From Thermoanaerobaculia bacterium (GTDB lineage Bacteria; Acidobacteriota; Thermoanaerobaculia; UBA5066), in the NCBI GenBank assembly GCA_963816185.1, contig CAWFJJ010000024.1, forward strand, positions 544,001 to 608,000: DNA of 64,000 bases, written 5' to 3'. Both the position numbers and the translations under genes were made by a program. The notes below the pieces were generated by a model. That model did not search any database and was not told the origin of the DNA. It worked only from the letters and a program-made list of their open reading frames with translations. Each line of letters opens with the position of its first letter. Position 1 is the first letter of the stretch. This document shows positions 32,209 to 40,928 of the stretch, in pieces.

Positions 32209-32733
32209 TCACATCGGGGGCTTCTTCTCCTCGGCCTTGGGCTCAGGAGCAGTGCCCATCTTCATCATCGGGCATTCCATCGCGCCCTTCGTGCCGTGCA
32301 TGTGCATGTGATGAATCATGTGCGCCATCATCGCGGGTTGCATCTCCATCATCATGGAGCGAAGCTCCTTGCGCTGGGAGACGAGCTCGTTGAGGACCGC
32401 CGCCATCGGCTTTTCCAGGGCGTCGACCTCTTTGGACTCCTTGGCGGCGTTCATCTCCGCCACCAGCTTGTCCAGCGTGGCGTCCATCGCCTGGAGCTTT
32501 TTCTGCATCTCCTGCTTCTTGGCCATCATGGCCTCGCACTCCGCCTTCATGTCGGCGTCGCGCTTGGCCTTCGCAGGGCTGGCCTTGTGGTGGCCGGTCA
32601 TCGCGGCCGCGTGAGGGCTCGTGGCGGCCGGCGTGGGCCCGGGAGGTGGAGGCGTCTGGGCGCCGACGCTCAAGCCAAGCACGAGCGCGGCAGCAGCAAA
32701 GATGCCAGGAACGAGGACCGTGAGATTTTTCAT
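32209..32733 (-). CDS. Met/His-rich exported helical protein
   Basis: Signal peptide; MAHMIHHMHMHG and CPMM; ATG 32733 with AAGGA SD. Confidence 0.75.
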   Translation of the reverse strand: MKNLTVLVPGIFAAAALVLGLSVGAQTPPPPGPTPAATSPHAAAMTGHHKASPAKAKRDADMKAECEAMMAKKQEMQKKLQAMDATLDKLVAEMNAAKESKEVDALEKPMAAVLNELVSQRKELRSMMMEMQPAMMAHMIHHMHMHGTKGAMECPMMKMGTAPEPKAEEKKPPM

Positions 32734-32813
32734 TGTCGCGTTTCCTTTCTGGCGGTCCGATCCGCTCGCAAGGGAGTGGGATCCGGCCGCGTTAAAACCG
32801 TGCCACGGAGACC

Positions 32814-32828
32814 GCAAGGCCGGTGCCA
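32814..32828 (-). promoter_or_regulatory. Sigma-54 promoter (Met-rich-cupin-GlsB-mgtA run)
   Basis: TGGCACCGGCCTTGC, near-consensus. Confidence 0.8.
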
Positions 32829-32903
32829 GCCCGCGGATGGCGGCGCTCTCGTCGCGTGGCCCGGTTAGCTCCGTCTTCCGCCCGCTCGGTACGGTTACGC
32901 GAC

Positions 32904-32918
32904 TGGCACGCCTCGTGC
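32904..32918 (+). promoter_or_regulatory. Sigma-54 promoter
   Basis: TGGCACGCCTCGTGC upstream of ATG 32951. Confidence 0.75.
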
Positions 32919-32950
32919 TCCCTCGTCTGTTGAGAAAGGGGGGAAAGATC

Positions 32951-33031
32951 ATGAACCTCATCCTCTTAGTCGTCGTGTTGCTGCTTCTGTTCGGGGGCGG
33001 TGGCTATTATTGGAACAGCAGACGCGGGTGA
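32951..33031 (+). CDS. 26-aa membrane microprotein (DUF3309-like)
   Basis: MNLILLVVVLLLLFGGGGYYWNSRRG with purine-rich SD and its own promoter. Confidence 0.7.
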   Translation: MNLILLVVVLLLLFGGGGYYWNSRRG

Positions 33032-33040
33032 TTGGTGCAG

Positions 33041-33085
33041 CTGAGGCCCGAGTTGCACAGGCCCCCGAGCGCGCGGGGGCCTCAG
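33041..33085. terminator. Hairpin between convergent genes
   Basis: GGCCCCCG..CGGGGGCC stem; CTGAGGCCC/GGGCCTCAG can pair as an alternative. Confidence 0.55.
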
Positions 33086-33095
33086 TTTCATCACG

Positions 33096-34193
33096 TTAGG
33101 CGCCCTTGAGGACGACCTTGAGGGCACGCTGCTTCGCCGCGTCGCCGAACGTGTCATAGGCCTTCATGACGTCCGCCAGCGCGAAGCGGTGGGTCACGAG
33201 CTTCTGGGGTGCGAGGCGGCCGGACTGCACGAGCTTGAGAAGCATCGGGGTCGTGATCGTGTCCACGAGGCGGGTCGTCAGCGTCATGTTGCGGTCCCAG
33301 AGCTTCTCGAGGTGCAGCTCGACCGGCTTGCCGTGGACCCCGACGTTGGCAAGGCGCCCGCCCGGCGCCAGAATAGACTGGCAGATGTCGAAGGTGGCTG
33401 GAACGCCCACGGCCTCGATCGCCACGTCGACGCCTTTGCCGTCCGTGAGGGCCATGACGCGCGCGATGGCCTTGCCGTCGGACGAGTCGATGACGTTCGT
33501 GGCACCGAAGGACCGGGCCACGTCGAGACGGTTCTGATCGACGTCGATCACCACGATGTCGGCCGGCGAGTAGAACTGCGCCGTCAGAAGCGCTGCGAGT
33601 CCGATCGGCCCGGCGCCCACGATCGCCACGGTGTCTCCCGGCCTCACCTGGCCGTTCAGGACCCCGCACTCGAAACCGGTCGGAAGGACGTCGCTGAGCA
33701 TCGCGTACGCCTCTTCGTCGGACCCGGGCGGAAGCGCGTAGAGGCTCGTGTCGGCGTGCGGGATGCGGACGTACTCGGCCTGCGTCCCGTCGATGACGTT
33801 GCCCAGGATCCAGCCGCCGCTCTTGCAGTGCGAGCACATCCCCTTCCTGCAGAACTCACACTTGCCGCACGCGGTGATGCAGGAGATCAGGACCGCGTCG
33901 CCTTGGTGGAAATTCGAAACGGCCGCTCCGGCCTCCTCGATCACACCCACGCCCTCGTGCCCGAGGATTCGCCCGTCTGTGACCGTGGGGACGTCGCCGT
34001 CGAGGATGTGGAGGTCGGTGCCGCAGATCGTGGATGTCGTGATTCGGACGATCGCGTCCGCGGCGTCCTTGATCATCGGCCTCGGTCTTTCTTCCCAGGC
34101 GCGCCGGCCAGGGCCGTGGAAGACGAGAGCCTTCATGGCCGTCTTCCCGGTACCGGTCCCGACTCTTTCCATCAGGGCTCGTGACTTGCTCAT
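33096..34193 (-). CDS. Zinc-dependent alcohol dehydrogenase family protein
   Basis: ICGTDLH, GHEGVG, CGKCEFC...C, GAGPIG. Confidence 0.93.
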   Translation of the reverse strand: MSKSRALMERVGTGTGKTAMKALVFHGPGRRAWEERPRPMIKDAADAIVRITTSTICGTDLHILDGDVPTVTDGRILGHEGVGVIEEAGAAVSNFHQGDAVLISCITACGKCEFCRKGMCSHCKSGGWILGNVIDGTQAEYVRIPHADTSLYALPPGSDEEAYAMLSDVLPTGFECGVLNGQVRPGDTVAIVGAGPIGLAALLTAQFYSPADIVVIDVDQNRLDVARSFGATNVIDSSDGKAIARVMALTDGKGVDVAIEAVGVPATFDICQSILAPGGRLANVGVHGKPVELHLEKLWDRNMTLTTRLVDTITTPMLLKLVQSGRLAPQKLVTHRFALADVMKAYDTFGDAAKQRALKVVLKGA

Positions 34194-34242
34194 CGCGTCT
34201 CGTCCTTTCGCATGGGGCGGGTTCCAGCTAACCGACCCTTCC

Positions 34243-34257
34243 GCAACAACGGTGCCG
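34243..34257 (-). promoter_or_regulatory. Sigma-54 promoter (adh)
   Basis: CGGCACCGTTGTTGC. Confidence 0.75.
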
Positions 34258-34289
34258 AATGACGCTCGCATCGCCGTGGACGGGCGCGC

Positions 34290-34326
34290 TGGCACGCTTT
34301 GCCGATCTCTCCGGAAAAACGTGCCG
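34290..34326. promoter_or_regulatory. 37-bp tandem-palindrome element, copy 2
   Basis: TGGCACGCTTTGCCG-ATCTCTC-CGGAAAAACGTGCCG between divergent sigma-54 promoters. Confidence 0.75.
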
Positions 34327-34416
34327 ATGTCCAAGGCACGAGCCGCGAGACTCGGGTCAATCCCCAGTGAGCCTCTACAACGAGATGTTCCTCAGGATGG
34401 TCTTCACTCTGAGGCG

Positions 34417-34431
34417 TGGCCTGCCGCTTGC
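34417..34431 (+). promoter_or_regulatory. Sigma-54 promoter
   Basis: TGGCCTGCCGCTTGC. Confidence 0.7.
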
Positions 34432-34443
34432 AGGGTCGTCCGC

Positions 34444-34833
34444 ATGATAAAAGCCAAGCATTTCACTTTAGCTGCCGCTCTCCTCGTCCTCGCCGCCGGC
34501 GTGTCCTTCGCGGGCACGGCGGGTGCGCAACCGCAACCCCCGATGCCGCCCGGGATGTCGACGCCCCCGATGCGCGGGGACCTGCACGTCCGGATCGTCC
34601 GGGAGGCTCGGCCGCCGCTCCGGCGGGAGGTCGTGACCGAGCGCCCGGGTCCGCACCACTTCTGGATCAAGGGGTACTGGCATCACACGGGCCAGGCCTG
34701 GGGCTGGAACGACGGTCGCTGGTCCGAGCGACGCGCCCACGCCCACTGGGTCGGCGCCCGATATCAGAAGGTGCGGGGCGGCACTCGATACACCCCCGGG
34801 CACTGGTCGAACGAGCACGTCATCCACAACTGA
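34444..34833 (+). CDS. YXWGXW-repeat secreted protein
   Basis: Signal peptide; FWIKGYW, WGWNDGRW, YTPGHW repeats. Confidence 0.85.
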   Translation: MIKAKHFTLAAALLVLAAGVSFAGTAGAQPQPPMPPGMSTPPMRGDLHVRIVREARPPLRREVVTERPGPHHFWIKGYWHHTGQAWGWNDGRWSERRAHAHWVGARYQKVRGGTRYTPGHWSNEHVIHN

Positions 34834-34917
34834 TCCGTCGGCGGAATGTCCTGAGGTTTACTTCTTCGAGCTGACGAAAAGCTCGGAGAGGTAAGCTGTT
34901 TTCGAGGACCTGACTCG

Positions 34918-36567
34918 ATGCCGACCCCGATGCGCGTTCTGCTCGTGGACGCCGACGAGGACAGCGCCGTTCTGATGCGCGGCCTGATCGACGACATGGC
35001 GGCCCCGACGGACGTGGAGCGGGCCGCGGGCTTCGATGCGGGTCTCGAGCGGATGTCGTCGCACCGATACGACGTCCACCTCGTGGCTTGCCGGCTCGGC
35101 ACGAGGAGCGGGGTCGACCTTCTGCGCGCCTATCGCGCGTCCGGCGGCGACGGTCCCGTGATCATGATCGCCGATGAGCCGGATCGCGCCGAGGACCTCG
35201 CGGCGGTGGAGAGCGGCGCCGAGGACTACGTCGTCAGGAATCATCTCGACTCGACGCTGCTCGAGCGCTCGATCCGATACGCGGTCGAGGCGTCGAAGCG
35301 CGAAGCGGCGCTCCGCCGCATTCGTGACGAGCTGGAGACTCGGGTCGCCGAGCGGGCCGACGCGCTCGAGACCATGAACGAAGCGCTGGCGGCCGAGGTG
35401 GCCGAGCGGCGCGCCGCCGAGCGCGCGCTGCGCGCGGTGGACCGCCGGAAGGACGAGTTCCTCGCCACGCTGGCGCACGAGCTCCGCAACCCGCTCGCGC
35501 CGCTGTCGAGCGCGACCGAGATCCTGTCGCGAACGCTCGACGCGGCGGGAGAAGGGGCAAGGCGCGAACGCGCCCTGCGCGTGATCGATCGACAGGTCGC
35601 ACACATGGTGCGCCTGATCGACGAGCTTCTCGACCTGTCCCGGATCACGCACGGGAAGCTGGACCTGCGCCGCGAGTGGGTTTCCCTCGCGGCCGTCATC
35701 GAGAGCGCGCTCGAGACGGCCGAGCCTCTCCTTCACGGCCGCCGGCAGGCTTTCGAGCTGGTCCTGCCCGAGAAGCCGGTGCTCCTTCATGCCGATCCGA
35801 TGCGGCTCGCGCAGGTCCTGTCGAACCTCCTTTCGAATGCCGCCAAATACACGGAGCCGGGCGGGCGAATCCGTCTCGAGGCCGTGCGAGACGGCGAGGA
35901 TCTCGTGGTGTCGGTCGTCGATTCCGGCATCGGGATCCCGGCGGCTCATCTCGCGCACGTCTTCACGATGTTCGGGCAGGGGCACCGCGCGCACGAGGCG
36001 GTCTACGGAGGGCTCGGAGTCGGCCTGGCGCTCGCGAAGAGCCTCACCGAGCTGCACGGAGGGAGCCTGACTGCGGCGAGCGAGGGCGAGGGTAAGGGGA
36101 GTGTCTTCACGCTCCGCCTCGCGTGCGCGGCCGCCGACGTCGCCGCTCCTCTGGCCGCGCGGGTTTCGCCGAGCGCGCCGCCGCCGCCGCGCCGGATCCT
36201 CATCGTCGACGACAACATCGAGGCCGCGCTCACGCTCGCCGAGCTCCTGGCGCTCGAGGGTCACGAGACGCACGTCGCGCACGATGGCCCGTCCGCCGTG
36301 GACACGGCGCGGCGCCTGAGCCCGGACGTCGCGATCCTCGACATCGGGCTACCCGGCTTCGATGGGTACGAGGCGGCGCGCCGCCTCCGGGCGGAGCCGG
36401 AACTGAGCGGGCTCCTCCTCGTGGCTCTCTCCGGCTGGGTCCAGCCGGACGATCGGGCACGGTCGCACGAGGCCGGCTTCGACCATCACTTCGCCAAGCC
36501 GGTCCAGCTCAAGAGCCTCGAGCTGGTCCTCCTGGAAGCGGGTGGTGATCGAGGCCGTACTTCTTGA
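34918..36567 (+). CDS. Cytoplasmic hybrid histidine kinase (pseudo-REC, HisKA, HATPase, REC)
   Basis: FLATLAHELRNPL, NAAKYT, DSGIGI, GLGVGL, C-terminal LDIGLP; N-terminal REC has Ala (LVACRL) where the Asp is expected. Confidence 0.93.
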   Translation: MPTPMRVLLVDADEDSAVLMRGLIDDMAAPTDVERAAGFDAGLERMSSHRYDVHLVACRLGTRSGVDLLRAYRASGGDGPVIMIADEPDRAEDLAAVESGAEDYVVRNHLDSTLLERSIRYAVEASKREAALRRIRDELETRVAERADALETMNEALAAEVAERRAAERALRAVDRRKDEFLATLAHELRNPLAPLSSATEILSRTLDAAGEGARRERALRVIDRQVAHMVRLIDELLDLSRITHGKLDLRREWVSLAAVIESALETAEPLLHGRRQAFELVLPEKPVLLHADPMRLAQVLSNLLSNAAKYTEPGGRIRLEAVRDGEDLVVSVVDSGIGIPAAHLAHVFTMFGQGHRAHEAVYGGLGVGLALAKSLTELHGGSLTAASEGEGKGSVFTLRLACAAADVAAPLAARVSPSAPPPPRRILIVDDNIEAALTLAELLALEGHETHVAHDGPSAVDTARRLSPDVAILDIGLPGFDGYEAARRLRAEPELSGLLLVALSGWVQPDDRARSHEAGFDHHFAKPVQLKSLELVLLEAGGDRGRTS

Positions 36568-37009
36568 GGCGGTTATAGATCGTCTTGAGGCTGATCCCGA
36601 GGAGGTCGGCCGCCTTCTTCCTGTCGCCGTTCACCGCCTCCAGGGTGGCGAAGAGCAGCTTGCGCTCGACCGCGACCAGCCGCTCACCCACACGCACGGG
36701 AACAGTGGGCCACGATTGCTCGTCTGCGGACGCCGCCGGCTCCCGTTTGGCCGAGCCTGACGCATCCAGGACTGGCGCCGCGTCCGTCTGAATGGTGACG
36801 TTCGATCCGGGCGCGAGTGTGATGACGTCACCCTTGGGGCCCTTGAGGCTCGTCACGCCCGGTGTGGAACCCGACTTGGCGCTGACCAGGATGTTGTTTC
36901 CGCTCGTCTTGACGGAAACGTTCCTGTTGCCTGGCTTGATGCTCACTTCGCCGGTCAGGCCGTTGAGCGTTTCCACGCCATGCTTGGCGCCGATGAGGCT
37001 GGTTTTCAT
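36509..37009 (-). CDS. Stand-alone Fis-type (HTH_8) protein, duplicate of the bEBP C-terminus
   Basis: C-terminal 57 aa match 39522-40928 at 46/57 positions (manual count); no REC or AAA+ domain. Confidence 0.75.
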   Translation of the reverse strand: MKTSLIGAKHGVETLNGLTGEVSIKPGNRNVSVKTSGNNILVSAKSGSTPGVTSLKGPKGDVITLAPGSNVTIQTDAAPVLDASGSAKREPAASADEQSWPTVPVRVGERLVAVERKLLFATLEAVNGDRKKAADLLGISLKTIYNRLKKYGLDHHPLPGGPARGS

Positions 37010-37035
37010 TCTGGAAGGTCTCCGCGTCGGGGTGC

Positions 37036-37050
37036 GCAAACTCCGTGCCG
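37036..37050 (-). promoter_or_regulatory. Sigma-54 promoter of the HTH-only gene
   Basis: CGGCACGGAGTTTGC. Confidence 0.8.
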
Positions 37051-37125
37051 GTGCGTAGACCGCCCGTCTCGTGCTCTCGGCGGCGTTCGCACTTCTGTTA
37101 TCGGCTTGGACAGGCCGCGCGCGCA

Positions 37126-37162
37126 CGGCACATTTTGCCGGCCTCTCCGGAAAAGCGTGCCG
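37126..37162. promoter_or_regulatory. 37-bp tandem-palindrome element, copy 3
   Basis: CGGCACATTTTGCCG-GCCTCTC-CGGAAAAGCGTGCCG. Confidence 0.75.
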
Positions 37163-37301
37163 ATCTCTTGGGCGGCCAACATCATTTTTTGGGTTCTGGT
37201 TGCGGCACGCTGTTCTGCGTATTACGGCTGTCCGGGCCCTAGCTCCCGGAGAGCCTCTCAAGGAATGCCGTGGCCCCGTGTCGACGGCAGGAAAGGTGGT
37301 C

Positions 37302-38192
37302 ATGAAACATCCGACTGCTCTTCTCGGAGCGCTGCTGTTGTGCTCCCTCCCTGCTGTCGCCCAGAAGTCCGAGCTGCCCCCGCTCGTCGTGCCCGCGAAC
37401 GCCGAGCACCACGTCGGCAAGGTGATCTGGGCTGATCTGGCGACCCCGGACCTCGACGGTGCAAAGCGGTTCTATTCAGGGCTGTTCGGCTGGACCTTCC
37501 GCGACCTTCATTTCCGCAAGACGGACTACTCCGTCGCGCTTCTCGATGGCCGGCCGGTAGGAGGTCTGGTCCACAGGCCTCCGCCGCCGGGCGAACAACG
37601 GCGGCCGGCGTGGCTGCCCTTCATCGCGGTTCGCGATGTCGATGCCGCTCAGCGGACGGCGCTGGAGCACGGGGCCAAGGTCGTGTTCGAACCCAGAACT
37701 TATGCGCAGCGCGGCCGCCAGGCGGTTCTCGCTGATCCCGAAGGGGCAGTCTTTGCAGTCCTCGCCTCGAGCAGCGGCGACCCGGGCGACTTCCTGGCGG
37801 CGCCCGGAGAGTGGATCTGGAGTGCGCTTCTCACCGCGGATCCAGACAAGGACGCGGCCTTCTATCAGGCGGTCTTCGGTTATGACGTTTTTGACGCGCC
37901 AAGTGACGACGGTTTGGAACACGTGGTCCTTTCGACCGACGACTACGCTCGCGCGAGCGTCAATGCTCTGCCCAGCCACTCGTCCCGCCGTCACCCCCAC
38001 TGGCTCAACTTCGTGCGCGTCACCGATGCCGTCGACATGGCAGCCAAGGTGGCTGCTCTGGGCGGGCGCGTGCTGGTCGAACCGCACGTCGATCGCCACG
38101 GTGGCAAGGTGGCGATCGTCGCCGATCCGACGGGAGCCCCCTTTGGATTGTTGGAGTGGTCGGACACCGATAGCAAGAAGGAGCCAAGATGA
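37302..38192 (+). CDS. Exported double VOC/glyoxalase-domain protein
   Basis: WADLATPDLDGAKRFYSGLFGW, DPEGAVF, DPTGAPFGL. Confidence 0.88.
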   Translation: MKHPTALLGALLLCSLPAVAQKSELPPLVVPANAEHHVGKVIWADLATPDLDGAKRFYSGLFGWTFRDLHFRKTDYSVALLDGRPVGGLVHRPPPPGEQRRPAWLPFIAVRDVDAAQRTALEHGAKVVFEPRTYAQRGRQAVLADPEGAVFAVLASSSGDPGDFLAAPGEWIWSALLTADPDKDAAFYQAVFGYDVFDAPSDDGLEHVVLSTDDYARASVNALPSHSSRRHPHWLNFVRVTDAVDMAAKVAALGGRVLVEPHVDRHGGKVAIVADPTGAPFGLLEWSDTDSKKEPR

Positions 38193-38518
38193 ACATCATT
38201 GCTCGACGCTGGAAGGTGCGTGCGCTCGGTCTCCTGCTGCTCGGCTCGCTGTCTGCCTGCACCGTAGGCGGCGAGGGATATGTCGGGGGCGTCTACGAAC
38301 CCTCCGGGTCCGACTACGGCGGCTGGGGGCCGGGTTATTACGTGGCACCGCCCCGCGGCGGCGAACGTCACGACGAGCACGGTAGAGAACGTCGCGACGA
38401 ACGTCGTCCCGAGCCTGCGAAGCAGTCGACTCCCCACGCCTATCGGCCTGCGCCCCCGTCCCGCCAAGCTCCGTCGATTCCGACGCGTCCGCACGATTCA
38501 CGTCGGAACGAGCGTTGA
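38189..38518 (+). CDS. Small Gly/Tyr/Pro-rich lipoprotein
   Basis: Lipobox LSAC; 4-bp overlap with the upstream stop. Confidence 0.7.
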   Translation: MNIIARRWKVRALGLLLLGSLSACTVGGEGYVGGVYEPSGSDYGGWGPGYYVAPPRGGERHDEHGRERRDERRPEPAKQSTPHAYRPAPPSRQAPSIPTRPHDSRRNER

Positions 38519-39098
38519 ACGTATAGAGAGCCCGTGAGTCCGTTTCACGATCTCGGCCGGCGTTGTGGCGGTCCGTTTCCAGCCGAGAGTGCGCGGAGTC
38601 TGCCGTCCTCCGACCACACGTCAGCGGTCGGTGGGCGCCCCGGCGCGAACGCCGACATTGGGGTCATTTCTTTCCCCCGGCTTGCGGGGCTGCTCTCCCT
38701 GGGCGTCCTCGGCTTAGTCGGACTCCTCTCGCTCGGCGTGGGCGGAGTGGTTCTCGTCCAGGGTTACGTCTTCCCGGCGTCAAAGACTGGGACGCGAGTC
38801 CTGATGGGCACGTCTCGGCACGCAGAGACAGAGTCCTCGCGTGCGAATGCCCGCAGCGGATCCGGCGCGTCTGCGAGGGCCACGGCTGGAGATCCCTCTG
38901 CTGAGGTTCTTGGGAACGGTAACAGTGCGCGGCGGCCTCGATGGGCTGCCGAGTCCGGCCAAGATCCTCGCGGCTCCGGGTCGATTTCGGAGAACCAGCC
39001 CCAGACGCAGGAGGCGGCGCACGTGGAAACGGCCGCAGCGCCTTAGGGTACCGGCCGCCTAGCCGCCTGATCAACGACAGACCGGATTTGCAAAAACG

Positions 39099-39113
39099 CG
39101 GCACCGCCCTTGC
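39099..39113 (+). promoter_or_regulatory. Sigma-54 promoter
   Basis: CGGCACCGCCCTTGC upstream of ATG 39137. Confidence 0.75.
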
Positions 39114-39136
39114 GGAGGAGAAGGGGAGAAGGAAAT

Positions 39137-39505
39137 ATGAATCCCCTTTTACTGGTCGTCGCTCTCGCGCTAAGTTCCCATCGGCCAGTTGTGGCTTCCG
39201 GTCCTCCCCCTGTCATGCATGTACAAACTGAAATTTCCATGCTCGCATGGTGTGACGTCTGGCAGCAGCCTACGATCATGGTGACGAACAACACACGGAT
39301 CGGCGTTGCCGTGTCGTGGACTCTGATGGCCTCGGGCACCGTGATTTCCCCGGATGACTGGGACGCGTGGTCCGACGTTTCCCTTCTGGGACCGCGGACG
39401 AGCACGGCGTGGATTTCGCCGGTATCCTCCCTGCGCCTCGTGATTTCTTATCTCGATTCGAATGCCCTCTCCTCCGGGCAAACCATCGAGGTCTCTTGCC
39501 CTTGA
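39137..39505 (+). CDS. Hypothetical exported protein
   Basis: Signal-like N-terminus, AAGGA SD, own sigma-54 promoter, two Cys. Confidence 0.6.
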   Translation: MNPLLLVVALALSSHRPVVASGPPPVMHVQTEISMLAWCDVWQQPTIMVTNNTRIGVAVSWTLMASGTVISPDDWDAWSDVSLLGPRTSTAWISPVSSLRLVISYLDSNALSSGQTIEVSCP

Positions 39506-39521
39506 CTCCGCGGGATTAGGC

Positions 39522-40928
39522 TCAGGAACCTCGATTTCGTCCTCCGGGAATCGTGTAGTGATCGAGGCCGTACTGCTTGAGCCGGTTGTAGACCGTCTTG
39601 AGGCTGATGCCGAGAAGCTCGGCCGCCGTCCTCCGGTCTCCGTTCACGGCCTGAAGGGTGGCGAGCAGCAGCTTGCGCTCGACCGCTTCCAGCTTCTCTC
39701 CGGCACGCACCGGTACCACGGGCCACGACTCCTCGTCCGCAGGCACCTCCGGCTGACGCTCGACCGGGTGCGACGGATCGAGGACCGCTTCCACCGCCTC
39801 CGTCTGAATGACAGGCGGGTCGCTCAGGACGTACGCCCGATGCACCGCGTTCCTCAGCTCGCGTACATTGCCCGGCCAGTCGTGCCGGTCGAGCGCCTCG
39901 AGCGCCTTCTCCTCGAACGACGTGAAGCCGCGTCGCTCCTTCTCCTCGAGCTGTGAGAGAAAATGGCTTGCGAGATCCGGGATATCCGCCTTTCGCTCGC
40001 GCAGGGTCGGCATTCGCAGCGGGAAGACGTTGAGCCGGTAGAAGAGGTCGGGTCGGAACGACCCGCTGCGCACGGCCTCGTTGAGGTCGCGGTTCGAGCT
40101 CGCCACGAGACGAACGTCGACGTCCAGCTCCTCGTTGCCGCCGACTCGCCGAAACGTGCGGGTATCGAGGACGCGAAGGAACTTCACCTGCAGCTCGGGC
40201 GGCATCTCCGTCACCTCGTCCAGGAAGACCGTTCCTCCGTGGGCCATCTCGAAGGTTCCGACACGGCGCCGCTCCGCCCCCGTGAAGGAACCCTTCTCGT
40301 GCCCGAAGAGCTCGCTCTCGACGAGGCTCGGCGAGATCGCTCCGCAGTTGACCGCGACGAACTGGCCTCGACTACGGCGCGACAGGGCGTGAACCCCGCG
40401 GGCCGCGACCTCCTTGCCCGTGCCGCTCTCTCCGGTGATCATTACGGGCGCTTCCGAGGCCGCCACGCGCGCGATCAGGCGGAAGACCTCCTGCATCGCC
40501 TTTGATCGGCCGACCATCTCCCCGACCTGACCCACGGCCGCCCGCTCTGGGTGCCCCGCAGGGTGCGGGTCGTGACGCTCCGAAAGGCGGGCGAGAGTCG
40601 ACGCGAGGCGGGAGGGCTTGAGAGGCTTGAGAAGGAAGTCGTGGGCGCCGGCCTTCATCGCCTCGACCGCGGCGAGAATCGAGCCCTGGCCCGTCAGGAC
40701 GAGGACGGCACAGTCCGTCTGGCCCGCTTTCGCGGCGCGCACGACGTCGAGCCCGTTCCCGTCCGGCAGCCCGAGGTCTGCGATGCAGACATCCGGCGCC
40801 AGGCGAGTCAACGCGTCGCGCGCGTCAGCCACCGTGCCCACTGCGGATGCCTCGTGTCCGAGCTCCTGGACGAGCTCGACGAGCGACGCTCGGACCCCAG
40901 GCTCGTCCTCGACCACGAGGACCTTCAT
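39522..40928 (-). CDS. NtrC-family sigma-54 activator (REC, AAA+, Fis HTH)
   Basis: GESGTGKE, ESELFGHEKGSFTGA, FLDEV, WPGNVRELRN, C-terminal HTH. Confidence 0.96.
   Translation of the reverse strand: MKVLVVEDEPGVRASLVELVQELGHEASAVGTVADARDALTRLAPDVCIADLGLPDGNGLDVVRAAKAGQTDCAVLVLTGQGSILAAVEAMKAGAHDFLLKPLKPSRLASTLARLSERHDPHPAGHPERAAVGQVGEMVGRSKAMQEVFRLIARVAASEAPVMITGESGTGKEVAARGVHALSRRSRGQFVAVNCGAISPSLVESELFGHEKGSFTGAERRRVGTFEMAHGGTVFLDEVTEMPPELQVKFLRVLDTRTFRRVGGNEELDVDVRLVASSNRDLNEAVRSGSFRPDLFYRLNVFPLRMPTLRERKADIPDLASHFLSQLEEKERRGFTSFEEKALEALDRHDWPGNVRELRNAVHRAYVLSDPPVIQTEAVEAVLDPSHPVERQPEVPADEESWPVVPVRAGEKLEAVERKLLLATLQAVNGDRRTAAELLGISLKTVYNRLKQYGLDHYTIPGGRNRGS

Noticed and set aside
32791-32805. 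TGGCACGGTTTTAAC (minus strand) as a second sigma-54 promoter
   Set aside because: It lacks the -12 GC; a better site lies at 32814-32828
21356-37162. The 37-bp repeats as a CRISPR array
   Set aside because: The copies are kilobases apart with no spacer periodicity and no cas genes
37203-37218. CGGCACGCTGTTCTGC as a sigma-54 promoter for the VOC gene
   Set aside because: GG-GC spacing is 11 rather than the strictly required 10
38534-39046. 170-aa ORF with a hydrophobic stretch
   Set aside because: No clear SD, atypical codon use and no recognisable motif; may be a remnant, so not called
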